Of a stretch of 64,000 nt of DNA, positions 15,001 through 25,400 are shown in pieces (the first letter of the stretch is position 1; every line of letters begins with the position of its first letter). The stretch is from contig OZ281497.1 of assembly GCA_965637545.1 (NCBI GenBank), positions 9,052,001 through 9,116,000 on the forward strand. The letters are read 5' to 3'. The translations under genes were made by a program, and so were the position numbers. The stretch is from Phallusia mammillata. Its lineage: Eukaryota. Under the pieces are notes generated by a model. The model searched no databases, was not told the DNA's origin, and was given only the letters and a program-made list of their open reading frames with translations.

Positions 15001-17613
15001 TCGGTGGCTTCACGGAGCATTTGTGCAGTGACTGTTCCCTTGCACCCCGATGCATGAATAAAAAACTGTATCAGGTCGAGAAGAGATCCATTCCGATTAG
15101 CCTATGATAAATAAATATGTTGGCACTTTAATTTTCTGTTAAAGGTTTGTCAAAAAATAAAAGATATATATTCTTCGGAAGCTTTTAAATCACGCTGTAC
15201 TATGAGAGCTTGCAGCCGAATGATCATGCACTTATCGTTTTATAAGAATCGTTTTATTATTGCAATTAAGGTTTTTAATATAAGAAATTTGTCTTGCAAG
15301 ATATGACATTATATATCTTAATTAAGCTGTCTTGTATTGAACGTTGAAACATAGATTATATATTTATGATAAAAACTGCTCAAAGAGCAATACTCGCATT
15401 TTCATATTGAATTAAAGGGAACAATAAAATGTAAACAGAGATCACCAGTAAATAGTTTTTAACTGAAAAGGCAGAGATTATTTAGATTTTTTTCATGTAA
15501 AATAATACAGTCTGTCATAATTCAAATACTTTTTTTCACTATGTTTTTAATTTAAAGGCTTTCAAATTGTAAATTGATCACCTTATATGCTTCAATCCAA
15601 TCATCCACAACTGCAACCATAGCCATTTTCCCCTGGCGAACAATCTCAAACAAAGTTGCTTCCACTGCAATGTTACTTTCCATAGTGTCATGACGAGGTC
15701 GCTTGGATGCCTGCAAAAGTTTTAAACATCAGAAATAAAAACTAAACTGCTAATCCAAAATCTTGACATACTTTTTAATAAACATCACACATGAAACAAC
15801 TCCTTTAAATCACAAAGTGAGTCATTGAAAGTCCATTTTATTGGTATTTTTTGGAGGTAGGGAAGCTGCGTTTGCAATGGAGCAGAACTGGTGAAGATTG
15901 GTTGTGTTTATTCTTGTTATTCTACTTGTCGCATTATTGCAGAAGTTACATACAACTTCCTTGAATCAAGTCACTTGATTTGTACAGAAAAGTTGTAACT
16001 CCATGCAATTATTTTACCCAAAAAAGCAATCTGGCACACATCAAGTAAATTGGAATTTTAAGACTTCCCCCCTTACTTTTACTAATAATTTGCAATTGCA
16101 ACAAAAACTAGTTTTTTAAATAATTGTGTCAGATTTCTGCGGACCAACAAATGTAGATTTAGTGAATGTGAAACAGATGACATTTGCATAAAGTCTTCGA
16201 ATGGGCATTGCAAATTATTATAAATATGCATTTTATTGAAGACAGATATATCTACAAAATATATTTTGCACTTCAATATATAAGCTATTGCTCTTTAAAC
16301 TTGATATTTTGCACTTGTATATGTTAGATCCACAGTAAGGTTTGCTTGCTTTTTATCAACTTACTGCATTTCTTCCACCCTTCCCACGTTTTCTTGGTGG
16401 TCGCATTCCTTCATCTTCATATTCACTTCCACTGCCACTGTCATCAGGATAGGCAGGCATCGTTGGAGAATAAGTACCCTGTGTTACCTAGCATAGGAAC
16501 CTTGAACGATTAAAGGAATCTAAAAAAAACAATATTTTCCAAATTCTATCGTTTTTAACCAAAGTCCTGTAACAAAAGCTGACCAACATATGCTGTACAA
16601 AATACAAATTTCTTTCCGTGCAAATTACACTTTCAAATCTTAAAAAGAAAGTGTTACCACGCCTATAGCACACATAAAGTTTATTCTGCTTGTCTTACTT
16701 TTACAATCATGCATTTGATTTTGATGGTACTCCGAAGGTAAAATATTTCACAGCGCAAAAAATTTTGTAATTAAAAAACACAGCTTTCCTTCACTATACC
16801 AGTGTCCCGCTACTATTACCTTTATTGTTGCTTGTTTGCGCGGGAGGGTTTCACAAACTTTTTACGTACATGTAGAGCAGTGGTTCTTAACCTTTTTTCG
16901 TTGCTGCACCCCTTTCAAATCACTAAGGAATCTTCGCACCCCCTTTCAAATCACTAACCAATTTTCGCTCCCCCTTCTGTAATTGCTTAAATAGAATAGA
17001 CCTAACCAACCTTAATGATTCAGCATCCCCGCATCCCCTAGGAACAGTTCTCGCACCCCTTGGGGGTGCCTGCACCCCAGGTTAAGAACCCCTGATGTAG
17101 AGGAAAAAGAAATAACACACGTAATGAAATGCAGGTGCAACTCGACTTACATTTTATGTGTTTATAAAGAAAAAATTAGAAATAAAATCGAAATAAATTA
17201 TCTGTATTGCTAACGGTGAGAATTTGTTCGCTTTATAAAAAACTCAGTTAAAGTGCAATCGTAAATCTTCCTTACATTACAGTTCGCATTTTTATGTCTC
17301 AAATTTAATTTGAAATTCACTAGTTTTTTAATAGATTTGAACTTACTTATTAGAATTGTACCGTATTCTAAAATCTAAAAATCAGTGAAGCTTCGGTTTA
17401 TTTCATGGATCACTGATCATGTGTCAGGCGTTGGAGGCGTTGCTTGTTGATGGCAAAGTAAAGTATAGAAAGAAATAGACTTTGGTAGTTTGGTTAATGG
17501 CAGGACCGGAGGGTGGGGACTGGGGAAGGCTTATCCATCTCGTGCATAGTCTAATCTGCCCTGTCAAAATGCATCCATTTTTTTCTAACCAGCGAGTCAG
17601 AGTCAGAGATCAT
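1..17613 (-). CDS. STAG1: Cohesin subunit SA / stromalin (STAG1/2 orthologue), multi-exon, 3' end beyond window start
   Basis: Manually spliced GT-AG exons give colinear STAG motifs: [25 protein letters not shown] (15582-15710); [16 protein letters not shown]...MTEEFDE (14955-15101); DSGDYPL (~14133-14210); LVRQCQY...[12 protein letters not shown] (~13804-13930); [12 protein letters not shown]...[12 protein letters not shown] (~13285-13440); GIFVHRYRD...[12 protein letters not shown] (~12274-12423); [22 protein letters not shown] (~11770-11950); [13 protein letters not shown] (~10210-10440); [17 protein letters not shown] (~9567-9740); [12 protein letters not shown] (~1990-2150); YGDIIKET (~1375-1482); [19 protein letters not shown] (~707-860); [22 protein letters not shown] (1-~132). 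The first coding exon (17590-17613, MISDSDSL) and exon 16365-16478 are inferred from phase-compatible splice sites. The symbol denotes the family; which vertebrate paralogue it resembles is not resolved. Confidence 0.95.
200..560 (+). mobile_element. Penelope-like element (PLE) 3' fragment with partially inverted terminal repeat, in a STAG intron
   Basis: 303-526 is homologous to 14590-14832. 246-286 is a diverged reverse complement of 485-526. A hammerhead-type core CTGATGA...GAAAC lies at 485-519. Confidence 0.7.
4600..5420. repeat. Degenerate tandem repeat of ~125-130 bp units in a STAG intron
   Basis: The unit ggggctagtggggtaaatg...gggttgaaca...ctataaat...cactctacaagctgtccaaatttcatc...aaaaaa..acccatttt recurs at ~4625, ~4752, ~4882, ~5003 and partially at ~5325. 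Confidence 0.7.
6686..7760. mobile_element. hAT-type MITE (217-bp family) enlarged by nested insertions
   Basis: TIRs CAGTGGTTCTTAACC / GGTTAAGAACCCCTG; 8-bp TSD CCTTAGAT (6678-6685, 7761-7768). An uninterrupted sister copy lies at 16878-17094. Confidence 0.9.
6771..7650. mobile_element. hAT-type MITE nested in the element above
   Basis: Left TIR CAGGGGTTCTTAAAC, right end GTTTAAGAACCCTTC, 8-bp TSD ATTTATAC (6763-6770, 7651-7658). It contains a further hAT terminus, CAGGGGTCACCAAACT, at 7079. Confidence 0.8.
8199..8517. mobile_element. hAT-type MITE, 319 bp
   Basis: TIRs CAGGGGTTCCCAACCT / AGGTTGGGAACCACTG; TSD ATGTAAAC on both sides. Confidence 0.9.
9857..10142. mobile_element. Older hAT-type MITE
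   Basis: Ends CAGGGGTGTGCAAC / GTTGCACACCTCTG; the TSD is degenerate. Confidence 0.6.
12722..13113. mobile_element. Probable MITE with internal (C)GATACC/GAGTAC repeats
   Basis: Imperfect TIR GTAATGTTGGGACGA / TCGTCCCACCATTAC; no clean TSD. Confidence 0.5.
14414..14870 (+). mobile_element. 5'-truncated Penelope-like retroelement (GIY-YIG endonuclease C-terminus + 3' repeat)
   Basis: With one frameshift it translates as [38 protein letters not shown]...[45 protein letters not shown] (stop 14671-14673), typical of a PLE GIY-YIG end. It is followed by CTGATGAAG-stem-CAAAACGTCGG and AATAAA. Confidence 0.8.
16878..17094. mobile_element. hAT-type MITE, 217 bp
   Basis: TIRs CAGTGGTTCTTAACC / GGTTAAGAACCCCTG; TSD ATGTAGAG (16870-16877, 17095-17102). 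Confidence 0.9.
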
Positions 17614-17827
17614 GAAAAAACACTTCGGCGAGACGGCGGCTGCCGCGGCTCGACCATTGTCTGCTTTTAGTGTTTTTTGACACAAGAAATTACCGATTAA
17701 ATCAGATATCACTACTTGCAATGAAGCAACTTGCAGCAAAAGTTGTCCTTTTTGTAATAAAAGTTAACAAATAATTGCTCAAAATATTGTTTTTCAGGAA
17801 GGAAAAACAGTTCAATGTTTAGAGAGA
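17614..17827. promoter_or_regulatory. Putative bidirectional promoter between STAG (-) and MRPS33 (+)
   Basis: Divergent start codons ~215 bp apart. A splice-acceptor-like TGTTTTTCAG ends at ~17797, upstream of the MRPS33 ATG. The call depends on the inferred STAG first exon. Confidence 0.5.
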
Positions 17828-18341
17828 ATGAAGAGGTTTCCATCTAAATATGCACTTAATGTAGCTCGATTGAGTGCTCGGATTTTCCACGAATTTGATC
17901 CATTGTATAAGCATTCGTCCAGGGAAGTTGCAAGGGTGCTAGCGCAAAAACCATTTTACAAGAACAAGGAATTTGTCAATTACTACCCTCCTATGCACGA
18001 TATTAATGTATTAACGGGCTATCTTCGACGTTTGGGACTTTATGTGTAAGTATTTTTATACTACCTGTTCTTTAAATTTATCCTCCTGAAATACCGAATA
18101 AACACAGATTTGTTTATGCCTTTGTAATGTACAAAAATGGTCACAATATTGTCATTACAATAAAAAAATTCCAAATAATTACCTTTGACCTCCACTATTG
18201 TTCGAATTTTTAAACAAATATAGTGATCTCTATTAGATTATCATGTTTGTTTTTTAATTTTTCAGTGATGACCACCTGGACTTTAAGGAAGAAATGCAAC
18301 GTCAACGGAATTTAAGAATCAAGGGTCGTAAACAGAACTAA
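17828..18341 (+). CDS. MRPS33: Mitochondrial ribosomal protein S33 (2 exons: 17828-18045, 18266-18341; 97 aa)
   Basis: SKYALNVARLSARIFHE...YYPPMHDINVLTGYLRRLGLYVDDHLDFKEEMQRQRNLR matches the mS33 pattern (Y..RM.RLSARLFGE...YP...L...LR.LGLYRDEH.DF..E..R); phase-2 GT-AG intron. Confidence 0.9.
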
Positions 18342-18419
18342 CTTCTTTTGGTCTTATTTTCAACATTACCAAAAGACTAGAAAAAACTTTTTCACTACAC
18401 TTGACTTTTACTGTACATT

Positions 18420-19798
18420 ATGGCTGCAAATGCAAATCTTGTCAGAGAACAATCAATTGAGTGTGCTATTTGTCTTCAACCTTGTATGCAGCCGGTACAG
18501 TTACCCTGTTCCCATATCTTTTGCTTTTTGTGTGCCAAAGGAACTGCACTTCAGAGCCGAAAATGTGCTCTATGTAGGGGAGCTATTCCTGATGATTTTA
18601 TTTCCAAACCATTCCTGTTCAAAAAAGATGCAACAGGCAAAAGTGCAGGAAATAGTGAAGACCCCAGGTAAACTAATAGTTTCTATGCAATGGTTTGTAT
18701 GCTAATGGTAGCTGTATTTTGTTTATTCATGTTGGTCTGTTTGTGTTTGGAACTTTATACAGTACAGTGCTTCCCCTAATTTACTGACTGGTTGTGACTA
18801 TGTTTTGACAAATCTCAAAACAATTTTAGCTTGTCTTTAGATTTGACTAACATTTTTTGACTTCTAATTTATGAAGTCATACTAATGTAAATGTTTAAAA
18901 CTGTTGTTTATATTCCAAATTGAGGCCACTGTGGAAATTGGTCTAACATGCATTTGTTTTACAGTATTGTTAAGTCACATATTTTTTCACGTAACCAGAC
19001 ATTATTGCTGATTAAACATGTTACAGATAATCAAGAAAGCACTGTGACTAAACAAAGTTTATAGCACAAGCCATAGTGTCATAAACTATAATACTAAGAT
19101 AAGTTTGTAGATCTCTTGTGGGCTAAAAACCTACTACAGTTTGTCTGGCCTATGCTGCTTGATGTTGTTTCTTGGGAGAGCATCTATGCTAGTTTCATTG
19201 GTCTGCATATTCATGCCAGGGCTATTCCAATGAAAAAACATGTTTTTGCACTTGTAGGTATGTCTGGTATTACCAAGGGTACAATGGCTGGTGGCAGTAT
19301 GATGACCGCACCTGCCTTGAAATAGAAGCTGCATATGCCAACAAAGAAAAATCTGTTGATGTTCTAATTGCTGGCTCAGTCTATGTCATTGACTTCGAAA
19401 ATGAGGTACAGTATCAAAGACATCGCTCATCACGAAAAAGAAAAATTAAGCGCGATCTTGTAAGTATGCCGAAAAAGGGAGTAGCAGGGCTACAGACATC
19501 TGACAGCACGACAACCTCATCAAACACTGATGTTGCAAGTTCAGGAGATGGTGGACCTGTAGAGCCACAGCCTGATTCACAACATAGCAGTCCTGATGCA
19601 GTGGTTGATGTACCGCCTGACCTACAACGAGGGGTTCCAATCGGCCAAAGCCACAGCAGCAACTTAAATCCGGTTGTTCTGCTTCAAAGGAGCTTAACTG
19701 AACCAGCACAGAATTCAATTGATGTTGCTGGTGTAGGCCAAATGACAAGGCACCAAAGCATGTACACTCGCAGTCTGGATGATGAACCAATGGAGTGA
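18420..19798 (+). CDS. RNF146: E3 ubiquitin ligase RNF146/Iduna (exons 18420-18667, 19258-19798; 262 aa)
   Basis: C3HC4 RING ([27 protein letters not shown]...CALC) spliced in frame to a WWE domain: [26 protein letters not shown]...[43 protein letters not shown]. Confidence 0.95.
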
Positions 19799-21151
19799 AT
19801 ACTATGCTGCAAAACTGGCATGGTGAATTGATGCATGGTCTTGCTTTTTCCAAAAATAAAAATCTTAGAAATGGTACTATTGTGGAAAAGTGTCACCAAT
19901 AATGGTTTCCAAGTAAAGTTTCGTTTGAAATGACCTTGTAAAAAAAACTTTTCAACTACAACATGATATTACAGAGTTGTTTTTTAGGCTTCTGCATTTA
20001 AAACTATTCAAGAATATGTATGGGTTTTTTGTGCTTAGAACTGTACCCATATACAGGTTGTTTTTTTTAACTTGTACACAATCTTTCTATTCATTACTGG
20101 TTTTCTTCAAACTTGTAAATTTGTGGCCTTGAAAGCATAGACAGATGTTAAACTAAACTGTAATTTTTTTATTCCCAAATTCATTCTTTACACAACCCTC
20201 AGAAAATTATATATTGGTGGATTTTCCAATGTCTGTCAACAAATTGCATAATTGCTGAATTTTTAATGTTCTGAGTTCAGACCACCAGTTAGTTCATGAG
20301 CAAAACTATACAAATATGTAGGTAATGGTGTTGAGGGTTGCTACACAGCTTTTAAATTCCAAACTCAGGGGATTGAAGTACAGTATTGTGTGATTTTGGT
20401 ATGCCATGTAAAACATTAGGTTTCACCCTTTTGCAAAAAGCTTGTCAGACAGAAGTAAATATCTTGGTTGGTTGGACTAGGCCCCTGACTGTACTCAGAG
20501 ACCCTGGTTATGTAATATCCACATTGTCTATTGTGCTTTGCTGAACAAAAATGTAAATTGTGAGTTAGCAAAATTTTTTATGTGGTGCTGTGGTCTAAAA
20601 CTAAGCTAAGTCCTAAAAAATGTTGTGTGTGTGTGTGTGTGCAATGAACAGTCAACCAGAGAATGTAATTCTGACCAACTCCACGTCAAGTTAATCAAGC
20701 ACAAAAGACAGTTGAAAAGGGAAGTTCAAGCTTGGACTAACCGAAACTTTTTTATGTGGCAGCATAGTTCACAGACAGAAATACCCAAGGTTTGTTATGG
20801 ACAAAGAAGTGGCTTGAATTCATCTTTGGCTATGAAACATAAACATTCATGTTGCAAACATTTTACAAATCATGTCAACAAGAACAAGGTACATTTTTAA
20901 AAAAAAACATTTATTTTCACTTTAGACAAACAAAAAGTACAATTAAAAAGGGCTTTTGTGTAGCATTCCTTACAAATTCTTCTTCACATGAGCTGTAATG
21001 CTGGAAGTCTTGCTTATGAACAGGGGCTTTGGAAGTTATAATAGAATGTATCAATGTCCATAAAACCTTTGAAAACTGTAATATCTATCCAAGGGTAAGG
21101 AATGTCTAGTCATAATCGAGGAAGCCCCTAATAGTAATATTATTGCAACTC

Positions 21152-21833
21152 TTATTGGCTTCCAGGTGCTGGGAGAGGTGGTGCGTCGAACGAAAGGTCT
21201 TTAAAGGCCGTGGACAGAAAGACTCCTGCTCCAAACAGTGCAATGTTGATCAGCAACTTTCTAAAAAAATGATAAAGTTATGGGTGTTGAAATTTACATG
21301 TACAGCCCATGTGCTAGCCTGCAAATAATATTTTGTTGCTAAGAACATTCTTGACTCAATGTATATTTACAACACAGGACTGATGGCAAGTATTCTGAAA
21401 TGAACCATTGCTGCGTTTTATGTTCGTACTAGTATAAGATTCTATACAACTTCGTGAATTAAAAATCTGCAAAGAACTTTTTTTCAGATTTCACACTCCC
21501 CATCAAGTGTGCCAAAAAAATACTTTTAAATCAAGCATATTTGAAAAGGGATATTTTCCTTTGTGATTAACAAGCAGAAGTCAAGTCGGACTTCAAAAAT
21601 TTAGTCTGAGTCAAAGGTTAAATAGTTTAGACTACCAACTTCCAAATCCAAACCCTGCTTTAAACAATATGCCCAATTCTTGTTTCAAATTTTATATTCA
21701 TAACACACAAAAAAATTAACACAAGCTGTTGTTAATGTCACCTTTTTGTGGCATTAGTAAACCAATCTTTAACTTTGTTTTTAAATCCTTTCGGCTCTGG
21801 TTTTGCAGATGGTGGTTTTAACCCACCAAACAT
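21152..21833 (-). CDS. TOMM6: Mitochondrial import receptor subunit TOM6 (exons 21742-21833, 21152-21260; 66 aa)
   Basis: Spliced product MFGGLKPPSAKPEPKGFKNKVKDWFTNATKRKLLINIALFGAGVFLSTAFKDLSFDAPPLPAPGSQ resembles TOM6 (DW...AT...RNLILNLGLFAAGVWL...D..AP.P); phase-2 GT-AG intron. Absent from the ORF track because the exons are short. Confidence 0.75.
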
Positions 21834-22459
21834 GATATTCGATGAACTATTTCAAACCTGCAAATAAGAACAATGACCAGGTAGGTTTGTGAAACAAAAA
21901 CAATGCTTCTTGAGTCTTCACTCACAGAATCACCCTCATTTAAGATTTTATTGGTAATGAAGTTTAACTTACCCAAAAAGCATTCAATTATGTAAAGTAT
22001 CATGCAGTGTGTCAGATATCAGATTGATACAGATTTCAGGCCTACTGTTTGCAAGTTTTGACTAAATTTGCGTGATAACCTGTCCTTTACTTTAGTCCTA
22101 ATGGTATGTGGTCACAACAAATGTAAGACCATGATGGTATTTATAATTACAAACCCTACCCCCAACCTGAATAGCTTGCCATCTCATGAAAATGCTTACC
22201 ATCTAAAATCATGCGGTAATATAAATAACGCCCAATTATTACCAAAAGCTTACCAATACTGTTAAAATTTGTCCACTTTAACTTGGAAAAAAAAACTGAA
22301 TAATTTCACGTGTTCGAAAAACATAGAAAACTTAATCCCGAGCAGAAGAAAATTTTCAAATCGAATTGTTTTCGGTTTTATTTCATCAGAAAGCCCTTAA
22401 ACATAGAACCATTTACATTCGAAAACCAAATATAATAACAATACTGCATTGACAAAAAG

Positions 22460-25400
22460 TTAATCCAACCACGGCAAAACAGGTCCACAATTCTCCGAAC
22501 ACCCAGCTTTGTCAAGATGGTGTTTTAGTTTGACGTTTCTTTTTTGATGTTCAGCTAGAATTTCCAATAGCTCTTTAACAACCTGAAAAAACAAATGTGT
22601 TAACCTTCTTAAAAATACTTAATATTTTAGTTTGGCAAAATCAGAACGGAAATATATGCCATTCCAATTAAAAAAAAACAGTAATTTTATTTTGTACGTA
22701 AATGATCGGAAAAAGATAACTCGTCCCCTGTTCTGATTTAGGTGCATCCGTCGTTCTAAAACAGGGGTGGGCAACCTACGGCCCGCGGGCCGCATCCGGC
22801 CGGCGAGCAATTTTGAGCGGCCCGCGACTGGTATTTTAGTTTCAACGACCGGACGGAATGTGTGTATTAAATCCCATTTTTGTACCAAAGAGTTGTTTCA
22901 TTAAACGTTGATAGTTTTTAGTTAGTTACTAAGAATAGGTCTGTTGTGTGCAAAGACAAAATCATTGTGTATTTGACTTTGCCTAGCACTGCTATGTTAA
23001 TGCATGACCATCGCTGCGGCCCGCCTCCACAATATATCACTACATTTTGGCCCGCGCATGGAAAAAGGTTGCCCACCTTTGTTCTAAAACAACCAAATCG
23101 GCATTGGTTGAACCATATGTAGTATCTATGGTTAAACCCAACAAAAGTTTTCATGGGTCGACATTATTGGTTTAAAAAATAAAAGCAGCCTTAATAAAAA
23201 ATGGATGTTTTTGCCGATAGCCTACTGCCGCAAACCACGTGCAACGGAAGTTCGTGCGCAAAGTAAATGTTTGATATAGACTTTGTTCGTACGCAGAGCT
23301 TTTTTGTTTTAACCCAATTATATATGGGGAAAACTAATATTATTTCTGTGAAAACTTCTCTTTTTGTTTTTTTGGCTTTTTTGTAGCCTATTGCAAAGTA
23401 ATTTTAGTGTTATAGCGGCCTCCCTTACTACGATTCTCGTGCTCTTGCATACCTACAGCGAAGCGGATAGATTGCGTATTTCTTTCTTTGACTGTCGTCT
23501 TATGCGGTCTATATGTATAACGAATAAACACCTCGCTACATTGGTGACCCTTAGCGTGCAAAAGTGTGACCTTTTATGTAGATATCTACTAAAGGCCAAA
23601 TCAGGGTTTCGTCCTTAAAAATCAGGTCATACCGTCCTTATTTCTAAGATTTTTCCTAAACTCAGTTGTGTTGCATGCGTGATTCGGACATTTCAGTTGT
23701 GTTCGCTTTTATTTGTATTTATTCTTTTGCGAAATTAAATGATTACAAAACACAGTTGGCTACGTTAAATTTATACCAACCAAGTTGCTAGCTTGAATAA
23801 GCAACAACCCCAAATTAAACATTACGAAAAGCAGAAGAAAAACAGAAACAAACTATAAATACCTCGGGATGTTCTTCTGATATTTCGTGTTGTTCATATG
23901 GATCGTTTGCAAGATTGTACAACTCAAGTGGTTTTGTATCTGTTGCCGGTTTCCGGCTGACTATTGTCGACTCACGTGGTGCGGTCCAAACACCTTATAT
24001 TGTGTACAACAATTTTAATTGCAATGTGAATTGAAAATACAACCACAGATTATTATCCTAGCATTCAATTTTTGAATGTCTACAATTATACTATTTTTTC
24101 TGTAGATTTGCTGTAGCCTATACGTCACCATCGACCACATTTTTCATGCTGTAATAAGTGCACATACCGTGCGTGGGAACTGTCAAAAGTTTGAAGTCAT
24201 GTTTGCGCACGGCTGCTGGAGTACCAATGTTAAAAATTTTCATTTCTTCTTTATACTCCTCCATTACACTTTTCTTAGGTTTGGAAGAATTTGGAAGAAG
24301 ATTAATCAACATGGTGTTTCTCGGTGTTTTTATAGATTCGTCTCTGAAAAAAGTGTAACAAATGAAGTTGGGATAACGAACGACCGAACAGTATATACTT
24401 TATTGCATCCCATTGATCAACGCCGTCAATGTCGTGCAGATTTTCGTCACACTGAATCGCACTCATAATAGTAGGTAACCAATCAGTGATGTGCATCATC
24501 TTATTGCTGACGTAACTGCTTAGCGATGAGTGATGAACCAATGTGGGACCTCTGATTCCTCCTTCGTAATACCCTAATTTCGCTCCTCTCAAAGGCCAGT
24601 TGCTTGCAGCTCGTGCAGCTCCCCCATTATCTAAAAAAGGCACAGTATAAAATATGTTATCGCGAAATGACGGTTCTTTTTAGTTTACACATGTGTCTCA
24701 TAAGAACCTTTAGTTTACACATGTGTCCCACTTAAACCAATGATGTTGTTATAGTTTATTGCCTTTCATTTTGGCGTCCCTATTATTTTAAATACTGTTA
24801 AAATTAAACTGAAGTTAGGCTTGTTATAAACGAAAAAGCAACAAAACAGTCAAAGAAGCCTAGGCTACAGCTGTACCTGATGTAAACACAAATAAAGTAT
24901 CCTCCCACATTTCCGCATCTTTCAAACTGCCTACAATGTTTTCCAGAGCTCGGTCAAGTGCGCTTATCATTGTTAGGAGTTTGTATCTGTTCTCGTTCAC
25001 TTTACTGCAAAAAAAACGGGGGGTAAGGTTTCAGCTGCACAACCTTTTTGAATGTTTTTTTCCTATCCGGATGCAATATTGCTTACCGTTGGAGCAAGAC
25101 CTAAACTTTTGTTTCACATAGGTTTTTGTTCGCGATTAGGTTTCCGAGAGTTTAATTGGCCAAAACATTTTTTGTAACATGCCGTTTTACTTTTAAAATG
25201 GAACACCAAAGATTAATTAACATTCCTTTTGTTCAACCGGCAATTGTATATAACTCATCCGACGTTTGTCGTCTCATTTGAGGCGTTTTTTATCAGGGTG
25301 TCAGTGGGAAATATTTGTTCGCACTTCACTGTTGCACTACTTAATGTAAATTTGATCTTTATCACGAGACACATCTAAGGTCACTCACCCTAACATCGAC

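Noticed and set aside
20625-20641. (GT)n microsatellite
   Set aside because: Short and ordinary; it probably lies in 3' UTR or intergenic sequence.
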